Assembly (NCBI GenBank): GCA_020633725.1
Contig: JACKDC010000005.1
Coordinates: 172,135 to 236,134 of the forward strand
Length of the DNA: 64,000 nucleotides
Source: Candidatus Latescibacterota bacterium
GTDB taxonomy: Bacteria > Krumholzibacteriota > Krumholzibacteriia > JACNKJ01
Direction: 5' to 3'
Shown here: in pieces, positions 41,003 to 48,888 of the stretch
Layout: every line of letters begins with the position of its first letter
Position numbering within the stretch: the stretch's first letter is position 1
The notes under the pieces: generated by a model
What the model saw: only the letters and a program-made list of their open reading frames with translations
The model's database searches: none
Told to the model about the DNA's origin: nothing
Program-made: the position numbers and the translations under genes

Positions 41003-42805
41003 ATGTCCGCACTCGAGAGCATCCGCAACTTCTGCATCATCGCGCACATCGACCACGGCAAGAGCACGCTGGCCGACCGCCTGCTCGAGCTCACCGGCAC
41101 CCTGGCGGGGCGGCAGATGCAGGACCAGGTCCTGGACAGCATGGACCTGGAGCGCGAGCGCGGCATCACGATCAAGAGCCATCCCATCGCCATGAACTAC
41201 CGCGGGCAGGACGGCCAGGAGTACCGGCTCAACCTCATCGACACGCCCGGCCACGTGGACTTCAGCTACGAGGTCAGCCGCAGCCTCGCCGCCTGCGAAG
41301 GCGCGATCCTCGTGGTGGACGCGGCCCAGGGCGTCGAGGCGCAGACGCTGGCGAACCTCTACCTCGCGATGGAGAACGACCTCGCGATCCTGCCGGTCAT
41401 CAACAAGATCGACCTGCCCACGGCCCGCACGGACGAGGTGCGCGAGGAGATCGAGCGCATCCTGGGCGTGGACGGCGAGGACATCCTCGCCGTGAGCGCC
41501 AAGACCGGCCTCGGCGTGCCCGCGCTCCTCGAGGCCATCGTCGAGCGCCTGCCCTCGCCGCCGGACCACCGGGACGCGCCCGCGCGCGCGCTCATCTTCG
41601 ACTCGAGCTACGACAGCTACCTCGGGGCGGTGGCCACCGTGCGCGTGATGGAAGGCGGCCTCGCCAAGGGCGACCGCGTGCGCTTCCTCAACACCAAGCG
41701 CGAGTACGAGCTGCTGGAGCTGGGGCGCTTCGTGATGGGCCGGCGGCCGACGCCGCGCCTCGACTGCGGCGAGGTGGGCTATGCCATCACCGGCGCGAAG
41801 GAAGTGAAGTACGTCCAGGTGGGCGACACGCTGGCCGCGGCGACCAACCCGCCGCAGCTGCCGCTGCCGGGCTATCGGCGCGCGAAGCCGATGGTCTTCA
41901 GCGGTCTCTACCCGGTGCAGAGCGAGGACTACGAGGACCTGCGCGAGGCGCTGCTGAAGCTGCAGCTGAACGACTCGGCCATCAGCTTCGAGCCCGAGAG
42001 CAGCTCGGCGCTCGGCTTCGGTTTCCGCTGCGGCTTTCTCGGGCTGCTGCACATGGAGATCGTCCAGGAGCGCCTCGAGCGCGAGTTCCAGCTCACCCTG
42101 ATCGCGACCTTGCCCAACGTGGAGTATCATGCCACGCTGCGCGACGGCTCCGAGACCGTGGTGTCCAACCCGGCCCAGATGCCCGACCCGGCCACGCTGG
42201 CGACGATCAGCGAGCCGATGGTGCGCGGGACCATCTACACGCCGGCGGAGACGGTGGGTGCGGTGATGAAGCTGTGCATCGAGCGCCGGGGCGTCCAGGA
42301 GGGCATGAGTTACCTGGACGGGACCCGCGTGGAGCTCCATTTCCGCCTGCCCCTCGCCGAGGTGGTGGTGGACTTCTACGATCGGCTCAAGAACTGCACC
42401 CGGGGGCACGCCAGCTTCGACTACGAGTACGCGGCGCACGCGGTCAGCGATCTGGTCAAGCTGAGCGTGCTGGTGAACGGCGAGGCCGTGGACGCGCTGT
42501 CGAGCATCGTGCACCGGGACAAGGCGCAGGCCTGGGGCCGGCTGCTCATCGAGAAGCTGAGGGAGGAGATCCCCCGGCAGCTCTTCGAGGTGGCGCTGCA
42601 GGCGGCGGTGGGAGGCAAGATCGTGGCGCGGACGAACATCAGCGCGCTGCGCAAGAACGTCACGGCCAAGTGCTACGGCGGCGACATCACCCGCAAGCGC
42701 AAGCTCCTGGAGAAGCAGCGCGAGGGCAAGCGCCGCATGAAGCAGGTGGGCAACGTGGAGATTCCCCAGGACGCGTTCCTGGCGGTGCTCAAGATGGAAA
42801 GGTAG
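41003..42805 (+). CDS. lepA: Elongation factor 4
   Basis: IRNFCIIAHIDHGKSTLADR, DTPGHVDF, NKID and the LepA C-terminal domain. Confidence 0.95.
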   Translation: MSALESIRNFCIIAHIDHGKSTLADRLLELTGTLAGRQMQDQVLDSMDLERERGITIKSHPIAMNYRGQDGQEYRLNLIDTPGHVDFSYEVSRSLAACEGAILVVDAAQGVEAQTLANLYLAMENDLAILPVINKIDLPTARTDEVREEIERILGVDGEDILAVSAKTGLGVPALLEAIVERLPSPPDHRDAPARALIFDSSYDSYLGAVATVRVMEGGLAKGDRVRFLNTKREYELLELGRFVMGRRPTPRLDCGEVGYAITGAKEVKYVQVGDTLAAATNPPQLPLPGYRRAKPMVFSGLYPVQSEDYEDLREALLKLQLNDSAISFEPESSSALGFGFRCGFLGLLHMEIVQERLEREFQLTLIATLPNVEYHATLRDGSETVVSNPAQMPDPATLATISEPMVRGTIYTPAETVGAVMKLCIERRGVQEGMSYLDGTRVELHFRLPLAEVVVDFYDRLKNCTRGHASFDYEYAAHAVSDLVKLSVLVNGEAVDALSSIVHRDKAQAWGRLLIEKLREEIPRQLFEVALQAAVGGKIVARTNISALRKNVTAKCYGGDITRKRKLLEKQREGKRRMKQVGNVEIPQDAFLAVLKMER

Positions 42806-42811
42806 GCGACG

Positions 42812-43435
42812 ATGGCCAAGCAGAAGGAAAGCCCGGCGAAGAAGAAGTCCGCGCTGCGGGAGACCGTGGACGTGGTCGTCTGGGCGGTCGTGATGGCCTT
42901 CCTGGCCCGGAGCTTCCTGATCCAGGCCTTCCGCATCCCCAGCGCGAGCATGGAGGACACGCTGCTCGTCGGCGACTTCCTCTTCGTGAACAAGTTCCTC
43001 TACGGGCCGCAGATCCCCTTCACCGACATCCGCCTGCCCGGGCTGCGTGCGCCGCGCCCCGGCGACGTGATCGTCTTCCGCTTCCCGGAGGAGAAGGACG
43101 ACTTCATCAAGCGCTGCGTGGCCGTGGGCGGGCAGACGATCGAGATCCGCGACGGCGTGCTCTATAGGGACGACCAGCGCGTCGAGGAGGACTACACCAA
43201 GTTCATCTTCGGCGACCGGCACAGCCCCGCCGCCCGCAACTTCGGCCCCTACGCGGTGCCGCCGGGCACGATCTTCATGATGGGCGACAACCGCGACAAC
43301 AGCAGCGACAGCCGCGTGCACGGCCCCGTGGACTGGCGGAAGGCGGTGCGCGGCAAGGCGATCTTCATCTACTGGTCCTGGGACAAGGAGCATCACCTGC
43401 CCCGCTTCAGCCGCATCGGCGACCTGATCCGCTGA
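42812..43435 (+). CDS. lepB: Signal peptidase I
   Basis: PSASMEDTL (Ser), KRCVAV (Lys), GDNRDNSSDSR. Confidence 0.9.
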   Translation: MAKQKESPAKKKSALRETVDVVVWAVVMAFLARSFLIQAFRIPSASMEDTLLVGDFLFVNKFLYGPQIPFTDIRLPGLRAPRPGDVIVFRFPEEKDDFIKRCVAVGGQTIEIRDGVLYRDDQRVEEDYTKFIFGDRHSPAARNFGPYAVPPGTIFMMGDNRDNSSDSRVHGPVDWRKAVRGKAIFIYWSWDKEHHLPRFSRIGDLIR

Positions 43436-43440
43436 GCGCC

Positions 43441-44538
43441 ATGTCCCGCGGGCTCTACATCCACGTGCCCTTCTGCGCCACCCGCTGCAGCTACTGCAGC
43501 TTCTACACCGTGACCGGCGGTGACCAGGACGCCTACCTGGACGCCCTGCTCACGCAGCTCGCCCAGGAGGCGCCCGCGCTGGGGCCGGGCCCGGTGGACA
43601 GCGTCTTCATGGGCGGGGGCACGCCCAGCTGGCTGGCGCCCGCGGCGATGGAGCGCCTGCTGGAGGCGCTCGCTCCCCGGGTGGGGCCGGACACCGAGTT
43701 CACCGTGGAGTGCAATCCCGAGGACGTCGACGCCGCCCTGCTGGCGCGACTCGCCGCCGGCGGCGTGACCCGGGTGAGCCTGGGTCTCCAGTCCACGGCC
43801 GACGCCGAGCTGCGGGCCGTGGGACGTCGCCACGACGCGGCCCGCGGGCTGGCGGCGCTGGACCTGCTCGTCGGCTCCGGGCTCCGCGCGTCGGCCGACC
43901 TCATCCTCGGTCTCCCGGGCCAGACGCCGGCCAGCCTCGCGGCCACACTCGACGCCGTGACAGTCCGTCGCCCCGAGCACCTCTCCCTCTACTGCCTCGA
44001 GCTCGACCCCGACGCCCCCCTGCGCCGCCGCCTGGCCGCCCAGCCCGCGCTCGACCCGGGCGAGGACTTCCGGGCTGACGCCTATCTTCTCGCACATCAG
44101 GTGCTTGGCGAGATCGGCTACAGTGCTTACGAGGTCTCGAACTGGTGCCTGCCCGGGGGCGAGTGCCGTCACAACCTGGAGATCTGGCGCGGTGGGGAGT
44201 TCCTGGGCCTCGGTCCGGGCGCGCACTCGCGCCTCGGCGGCAGGCGCTGGTCCTGGGCGCCCGACCTCGCCGCCTGGCGGGAGGCGCTGGCGGCGGGGGG
44301 CCGCGCGCCGGCCGTCGACGACGTCCCCAGCGCGAGCGAGGCCGCCCTCGAACGGCTCCTGCTGGGCCTGCGCGTGCGCGAGGGCCTGCCCCTCGACGAG
44401 CCGCTCCTCGCCGGCCGCGAGCCCTTCCTCGCCCGCTGCGAGGCCCAGGGCTGGGCAGCCCGGGAGGCCGGCCGCTGGCGCCTCGCCCCCAGCGGCTGGC
44501 TGCGCCTGGACGGGATCCTCGCCGCCCTGGCCACTTGA
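43441..44538 (+). CDS. hemW: Radical SAM haem chaperone / oxygen-independent coproporphyrinogen oxidase-like
   Basis: YIHVPFCATRCSYCSF (CxxxCxxC) and HemN_C-like C-terminus. Classic lepA-linked position. Confidence 0.85.
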   Translation: MSRGLYIHVPFCATRCSYCSFYTVTGGDQDAYLDALLTQLAQEAPALGPGPVDSVFMGGGTPSWLAPAAMERLLEALAPRVGPDTEFTVECNPEDVDAALLARLAAGGVTRVSLGLQSTADAELRAVGRRHDAARGLAALDLLVGSGLRASADLILGLPGQTPASLAATLDAVTVRRPEHLSLYCLELDPDAPLRRRLAAQPALDPGEDFRADAYLLAHQVLGEIGYSAYEVSNWCLPGGECRHNLEIWRGGEFLGLGPGAHSRLGGRRWSWAPDLAAWREALAAGGRAPAVDDVPSASEAALERLLLGLRVREGLPLDEPLLAGREPFLARCEAQGWAAREAGRWRLAPSGWLRLDGILAALAT

Positions 44539-44595
44539 CAGTGGCCGGGACCTGGCCTAATTTCTCGCAGACGCGCGCCAAACGGTAGTAATTAC

Positions 44596-45402
44596 ATGGA
44601 CTTCAGGTACTACGAATCGCCCCGGGAGCGCGAGCTGCGCGTCCTGGACTCCGTCATCCGGCTTCACACGGAGCGGGCCGAGCCTGTCAGCTCGGCAGCC
44701 GTGTCGCGGGACCTCGGCCACTGCTGGTCCTCGGCGACGATCCGCAACGTGTTCACGGAGCTGGAGGAGTTGGGCTGGCTGGTGCAGCCGCACCGCGCCG
44801 CCGGGCGCATCCCCACGGATCTCGGCTATCGCATCTACGTCGAGCGGGTGATCCGGCCGGGCGGGCCGGTGGACCCCTGGCGGACGCAGCTGGAGGCCGA
44901 GCTCGGCCGCCAGGACGAGACCCTGCCCGCACTGCTCGACCGCGCGGCGCGGCTCATCAGCCGGCTCAGCCACGCGCTCGGGATCTCGCTGCTGGTGGTG
45001 GCCACGCCCTCCGGTCGGGAAGAGGGCGGCGGACGGCGCGCGCTCCAGATCACCGGCGTCGAGGAGCTGCTCGGCCAGCCCGAGTTCGAGGACCCGGGGC
45101 GCCTGCGCGTCCTGGTCCACCTGCTCGACGACAGCACGCCGGTGGGGGACTACCTGCGCGCGCTCTCCGACGCCCCGGGCCGCGTGCGCGTGCGCATCGG
45201 CAGCGAGAACACCCTGAACGGCCTCGATCAGTTCAGCCTGATCGGCGCGCGCATCTCGCGCGCCGAGGAGAGCGCCATCATGGGCCTGCTGGGCCCGGTG
45301 CGCATGGAGTACCCGCTCGTGCTCGCCAGCATGGAGAGCCTGGTGCGGCTGCTGCACGAGGGCGACGACGAGGACCCCGGCACCTCCCCCGCATGGAGTT
45401 GA
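44596..45402 (+). CDS. hrcA: Heat-inducible transcription repressor HrcA (short, 268 aa)
   Basis: N-terminal wHTH (RELRVLDSVIRLH...PVSSAAVS...SSATIRNVFTELEELGWL.QPH..AGRIPTD.GYR). It lies upstream of grpE. Confidence 0.8.
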   Translation: MDFRYYESPRERELRVLDSVIRLHTERAEPVSSAAVSRDLGHCWSSATIRNVFTELEELGWLVQPHRAAGRIPTDLGYRIYVERVIRPGGPVDPWRTQLEAELGRQDETLPALLDRAARLISRLSHALGISLLVVATPSGREEGGGRRALQITGVEELLGQPEFEDPGRLRVLVHLLDDSTPVGDYLRALSDAPGRVRVRIGSENTLNGLDQFSLIGARISRAEESAIMGLLGPVRMEYPLVLASMESLVRLLHEGDDEDPGTSPAWS

Positions 45403-45403
45403 C

Positions 45404-45958
45404 ATGATCGCCAAGGAACCCAGGCCCGGCGAGCAGGAGCTCGACGCGGCCCGCGCCGACGACGCGCCGACCGCCGCGGCGGACGCCGAACCCGCGGCCG
45501 AGTCCCTCGCGCTCGAGAACCTGGAGACGCGCTGCGCGCTGCTTCAGGACGAGCGCGACCGCCTCCTCCGCCTCCTCGCCGAGGCGGACAACCAGGTGCG
45601 GCGCATGCAGCGCGAGCAGGAACGCGAAGCCGCGCGCCTGCGCGGCGAGCTGGTGGAGCGCCTGCTGCCCGTGGTGGACGACTTCGACCGCGCCCTCGAG
45701 CAGCTGCCCGCGGACGACGAGGCGCCCCACGCCGCCGGCGTGCGGCTCATCGCGCAGCGCCTCGAGGAACTGCTGGCGGCCTTCGGCGTGGAGCCCATCG
45801 CGGCGCTCGGCGAGCGCTTCGATCCGCGCGTCCACGAGGCACTGATCCAGCTGCCCAACACCGACGCCGAGAAGGGCGTGGTGGTCCAGGAGCTTCAGCG
45901 CGGCTACCGGCTGGGCGAGCACGTCATCCGCCCCAGCAAGGTGGCGGTCGCAGGCTAG
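45404..45958 (+). CDS. grpE: Nucleotide exchange factor GrpE
   Basis: Coiled-coil N-terminus, then LPVVDDFDRAL ... G..FDP..HEA ... GY.L...VIRP..V.V. Confidence 0.9.
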   Translation: MIAKEPRPGEQELDAARADDAPTAAADAEPAAESLALENLETRCALLQDERDRLLRLLAEADNQVRRMQREQEREAARLRGELVERLLPVVDDFDRALEQLPADDEAPHAAGVRLIAQRLEELLAAFGVEPIAALGERFDPRVHEALIQLPNTDAEKGVVVQELQRGYRLGEHVIRPSKVAVAG

Positions 45959-45965
45959 GAGGCCC

Positions 45966-47096
45966 ATGGCTCAGCGCGACTACTACGAGGTGCTCGGGGT
46001 TCCGAAGGACGCCGACGAGACGGCGATCCGCAAGGCCTACCGCAAGCTGGCCATGCAGTACCATCCCGATCGCAATCCCGACGACAAGAGCGCCGAGGAC
46101 AAGTTCAAGGAGGCCACCGAGGCCTACGAGGTGCTCAAGGACGCGCGCAAGCGTCAGGCCTACGATCAGTTCGGCCACGCGGGCGTCTCGGGGCAGGGGA
46201 TGGGCGGCGGCGGTCCCTTCGGCGGTCAGGGCATCGACATGGAGGAGGCCCTGCGCTCGTTCATGCGCGACTTCGGCTTCGAGTCCTTCTTCGGCGGGGG
46301 CGGCGGCCCGGGCCGCGCGCGCGGGGCGGGCGCCGATCGCGGCGGGCGCGACCTGCGCGTGCGCGTGCGCCTGACGCTGGAGGAGGCCGCGCAGGGCGTC
46401 GAGAAGCAGATCAAGATCAAGAAGAAGGTGACCTGCTCCACCTGCTCCGGCTCCGGGCAGCGCCCGGGCTCGCGCATGCAGCGCTGCGCCGAGTGCCAGG
46501 GCAGCGGCGAGATCCGGCGCGTGCAGCGCTCGATCCTGGGGCAGTTCGTGAACGTCTCCGTCTGCCCGCGCTGCCACGGCGAGGGATCGGTGATCGGCGA
46601 TCCCTGCGCCGACTGCCACGGCGAAGGGCGCGTGGACGGCGGTGACACCGTGCAGGTCTCGATCCCGCCGGGCGTCTCCACGGGCGACTACATCCCGCTG
46701 CGCGGCAAGGGTGAGGCCGGGTTGCGCGGCGGGCCGGCCGGGGACGTCATCGTGATGCTCGAGGTGGCCGAGCACGCGCTCTTCCAGCGGGTGCGGCAGG
46801 ATCTCTTCCTGGAGCTGCCCGTCACCTACAGCACGCTGGTGCTCGGCGGCAAGGTGGAGGTGCCCACGCTCGACGGCGCGGCCAAGCTCACCGTGCCCCC
46901 GGGCACGCAGAGCCATCAGCTCATGCGCCTGCGCGACAAGGGGCTGCCGCACCTGAACTCCCGCCGGCGGGGCGATCTCATCGTGCGCCTGGTCTGCTGG
47001 ACACCCGGGCGCACGGGCCGCGACGAGCAGAAGCTGCTCCAGGAGCTGGAGACGCTCGAGGCCGGCAAGCTGCCCGGCCCGCGCCGGCCCTCGTGA
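45966..47096 (+). CDS. dnaJ: Molecular chaperone DnaJ
   Basis: J domain (DYYEVLGV...YHPDRNP), G/F region and four CxxCxGxG zinc motifs. Confidence 0.95.
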   Translation: MAQRDYYEVLGVPKDADETAIRKAYRKLAMQYHPDRNPDDKSAEDKFKEATEAYEVLKDARKRQAYDQFGHAGVSGQGMGGGGPFGGQGIDMEEALRSFMRDFGFESFFGGGGGPGRARGAGADRGGRDLRVRVRLTLEEAAQGVEKQIKIKKKVTCSTCSGSGQRPGSRMQRCAECQGSGEIRRVQRSILGQFVNVSVCPRCHGEGSVIGDPCADCHGEGRVDGGDTVQVSIPPGVSTGDYIPLRGKGEAGLRGGPAGDVIVMLEVAEHALFQRVRQDLFLELPVTYSTLVLGGKVEVPTLDGAAKLTVPPGTQSHQLMRLRDKGLPHLNSRRRGDLIVRLVCWTPGRTGRDEQKLLQELETLEAGKLPGPRRPS

Positions 47097-47836
47097 GCGA
47101 GGCGCCGGTCCTGCTCTGGCCCGAGCTGGCGGGGCCGGGAACGCTCGTCCTCGACGGCCCCGCCCAGCACTACCTCTGCAACGTCCTGCGCCTGCGCGCC
47201 GGCGACGCCGTGGAGCTTCGCGACGGCCGCGGCGCGGCGGCGCGGGGACGTCTCACGGCGGTGGAACGGCGACGGGCCACGCTGGAGCTCGAGGCGCCGC
47301 AGGCGCTGCCCGTCCCGCCGGGGCCGCGTCTCCACCTGGCGATGCCGCTGCTCAAGGGGCGCCGGCTGGACTGGGCCCTCGAGAAGTGCACGGAGCTGGG
47401 CGTGAGCGATTTCCACCTCTACGTCGGCCGGCACGGCGTGGTGCGGCGGGACCGCGCGCCCGAGCGCTACGGGGAGATCCTGCGCGCGGCCTTCGCCCAG
47501 TGCCGGCGGCCGCTCCTGCCCGCCCTGGACGGCCCGGCGCCCTTCGCCGATCTGCTGTCCCGCGCCACGACGGAGGGCTGGCGCCAGGCCTGGGCCGACG
47601 AGCGCGGCGCGGGCCGCGGGCAGGCGCCCTTCGCGCTGGCCGACGGCGAGGACCTGCTCGCCTGGGTGGGGCCCGAGGGTGGCTTTTCGGCCGAGGAGCG
47701 GGCGGCGCTGGAGGCGGCGGCGTCCCTGCGCCTCGACCTCGGGGCCCAGCGCCTCCGCGCGGAAACCGCGGCGGTGGCCGCGACCTGCGCGCTTCTGCTG
47801 CCCCGCGGCGAGACAAAGCCGCCGGCGGCGCGTTGA
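47093..47836 (+). CDS. rsmE: 16S rRNA (uracil1498-N3)-methyltransferase
   Basis: PUA-like N-terminus, KG.R.DW.LEK.TELGV and GPEGGFS.EE. The GTG overlaps the dnaJ stop codon. Confidence 0.85.
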   Translation: MSEAPVLLWPELAGPGTLVLDGPAQHYLCNVLRLRAGDAVELRDGRGAAARGRLTAVERRRATLELEAPQALPVPPGPRLHLAMPLLKGRRLDWALEKCTELGVSDFHLYVGRHGVVRRDRAPERYGEILRAAFAQCRRPLLPALDGPAPFADLLSRATTEGWRQAWADERGAGRGQAPFALADGEDLLAWVGPEGGFSAEERAALEAAASLRLDLGAQRLRAETAAVAATCALLLPRGETKPPAAR

Positions 47837-47861
47837 CAGGGCGCCGAAGCGCGTCTATAAT
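47833..47861 (+). promoter_or_regulatory. Perfect-consensus sigma70 promoter TTGACA-N17-TATAAT
   Basis: Seen directly. The -35 hexamer overlaps the rsmE stop codon. It is followed by a ~55-nt AT-richer leader and a GGGAGGGG RBS before the ATG at 47921. Confidence 0.6.
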
Positions 47862-47920
47862 GCCTAAGTTTTTTATCTGCATCGTTTTCCAGTGGAAGCT
47901 TGAGCCGGTCAGGGAGGGGC

Positions 47921-48367
47921 ATGAGCCTTCAGCAGCAACTCGATGACGATCTGAAGACGGCCATGAAGGCCGGCGAGAAGGCGCGCGTCGGCGTCCTGCG
48001 CATGCTTCGCGCGGAGATGACGAACGCGCGCATCGAGCGCGGCCACGCGCTCGACGAGGCGGAGATCCTCGACGTCCTCACGCGCTACGCCCGCAAGCGC
48101 CGCGACGCCGCCGCCGAGTACGAGAAGGGCGGCAGGCAGGACCTCGTGGACAAGGAACTCGCGGAGGCGGACATCGTGCAGGGCTACCTGCCGCAGGCCC
48201 TGGGCGAGGGCGAGCTCCTCGAGCTCGTGGAGGCCGTGGTCCGCGACCTCGGCGCCGGCGGCATGCAGGACATGGGCCGCGTCATGAAGGAAACCCTCCA
48301 GCGCGCCGCAGGCCGGGCCGACGGCGCCGCGGTCAGCGCCCTGGTCAAGCGCCGGCTGGCCGGGTAG
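47921..48367 (+). CDS. yqeY: GatB/YqeY-domain protein
   Basis: L..DLK.AMKAGEK.R...LRML.A ... E..IV..YLP pattern. Confidence 0.8.
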   Translation: MSLQQQLDDDLKTAMKAGEKARVGVLRMLRAEMTNARIERGHALDEAEILDVLTRYARKRRDAAAEYEKGGRQDLVDKELAEADIVQGYLPQALGEGELLELVEAVVRDLGAGGMQDMGRVMKETLQRAAGRADGAAVSALVKRRLAG

Positions 48368-48372
48368 CCGGC

Positions 48373-48888
48373 ATGGGAGTTCATCTGCTGGTCATCGCCC
48401 TGGCGGCCACCCTGGGCCTGGGCCTCTATCACGGCTTTCGTGGCGGGCTGATCCGCAGCGCGTTCAAGCTGCTGGGTCTCGTGGCGGGCCTGCTCCTCGC
48501 GCGGCCGGTGGCGATCTGGGTGGCGCCGCAGCTGCCCGGCGCGCTGGAGTTCACCGGGAGCTGGATCCTGCTGGTCCTCGTCTGCTTCGTGGCGATCACG
48601 GCCGTCTTCGCCCTCGTGGGCTGGCTGCTGGCGAAGGCCATCGGCTGGACGCCGCTCGCCTGGGTCGACCGCCTCGGCGGCGCGGCGCTGGGGCTGGGCA
48701 TGGGCCTCGTCGTGGCCGGGGCGATCCTCTCGCTGCTGAACTCGCTGGGCATCGCGCAGGAGCTGGCGAACCAGGCGACGGGCTGGGAGGCGCAGTTCCT
48801 GGACACGATGATCGACGTCACCCCCGGCCTCTTCGAGCGCCTGCGCCAGGTGGTCGTGCCCGGCGGCGCGCCGCGAGGCGCGGTCTGA
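48373..48888 (+). CDS. cvpA: CvpA-family membrane protein
   Basis: Four hydrophobic helices and an N-terminal G.RGGLIRSAFKL motif. Confidence 0.7.
   Translation: MGVHLLVIALAATLGLGLYHGFRGGLIRSAFKLLGLVAGLLLARPVAIWVAPQLPGALEFTGSWILLVLVCFVAITAVFALVGWLLAKAIGWTPLAWVDRLGGAALGLGMGLVVAGAILSLLNSLGIAQELANQATGWEAQFLDTMIDVTPGLFERLRQVVVPGGAPRGAV

Noticed and set aside
40043-43396. ORFs covering selC (40043-40372 on -, and the first 56 codons of 40244-40996 on +), and the 969-aa minus-strand ORF 40487-43396.
   Set aside because: The region 40287-40384 folds as tRNA-Sec, and the downstream protein starts at the ATG at 40412 with its own RBS and signal peptide. The 969-aa ORF is antisense to lepA and lepB.
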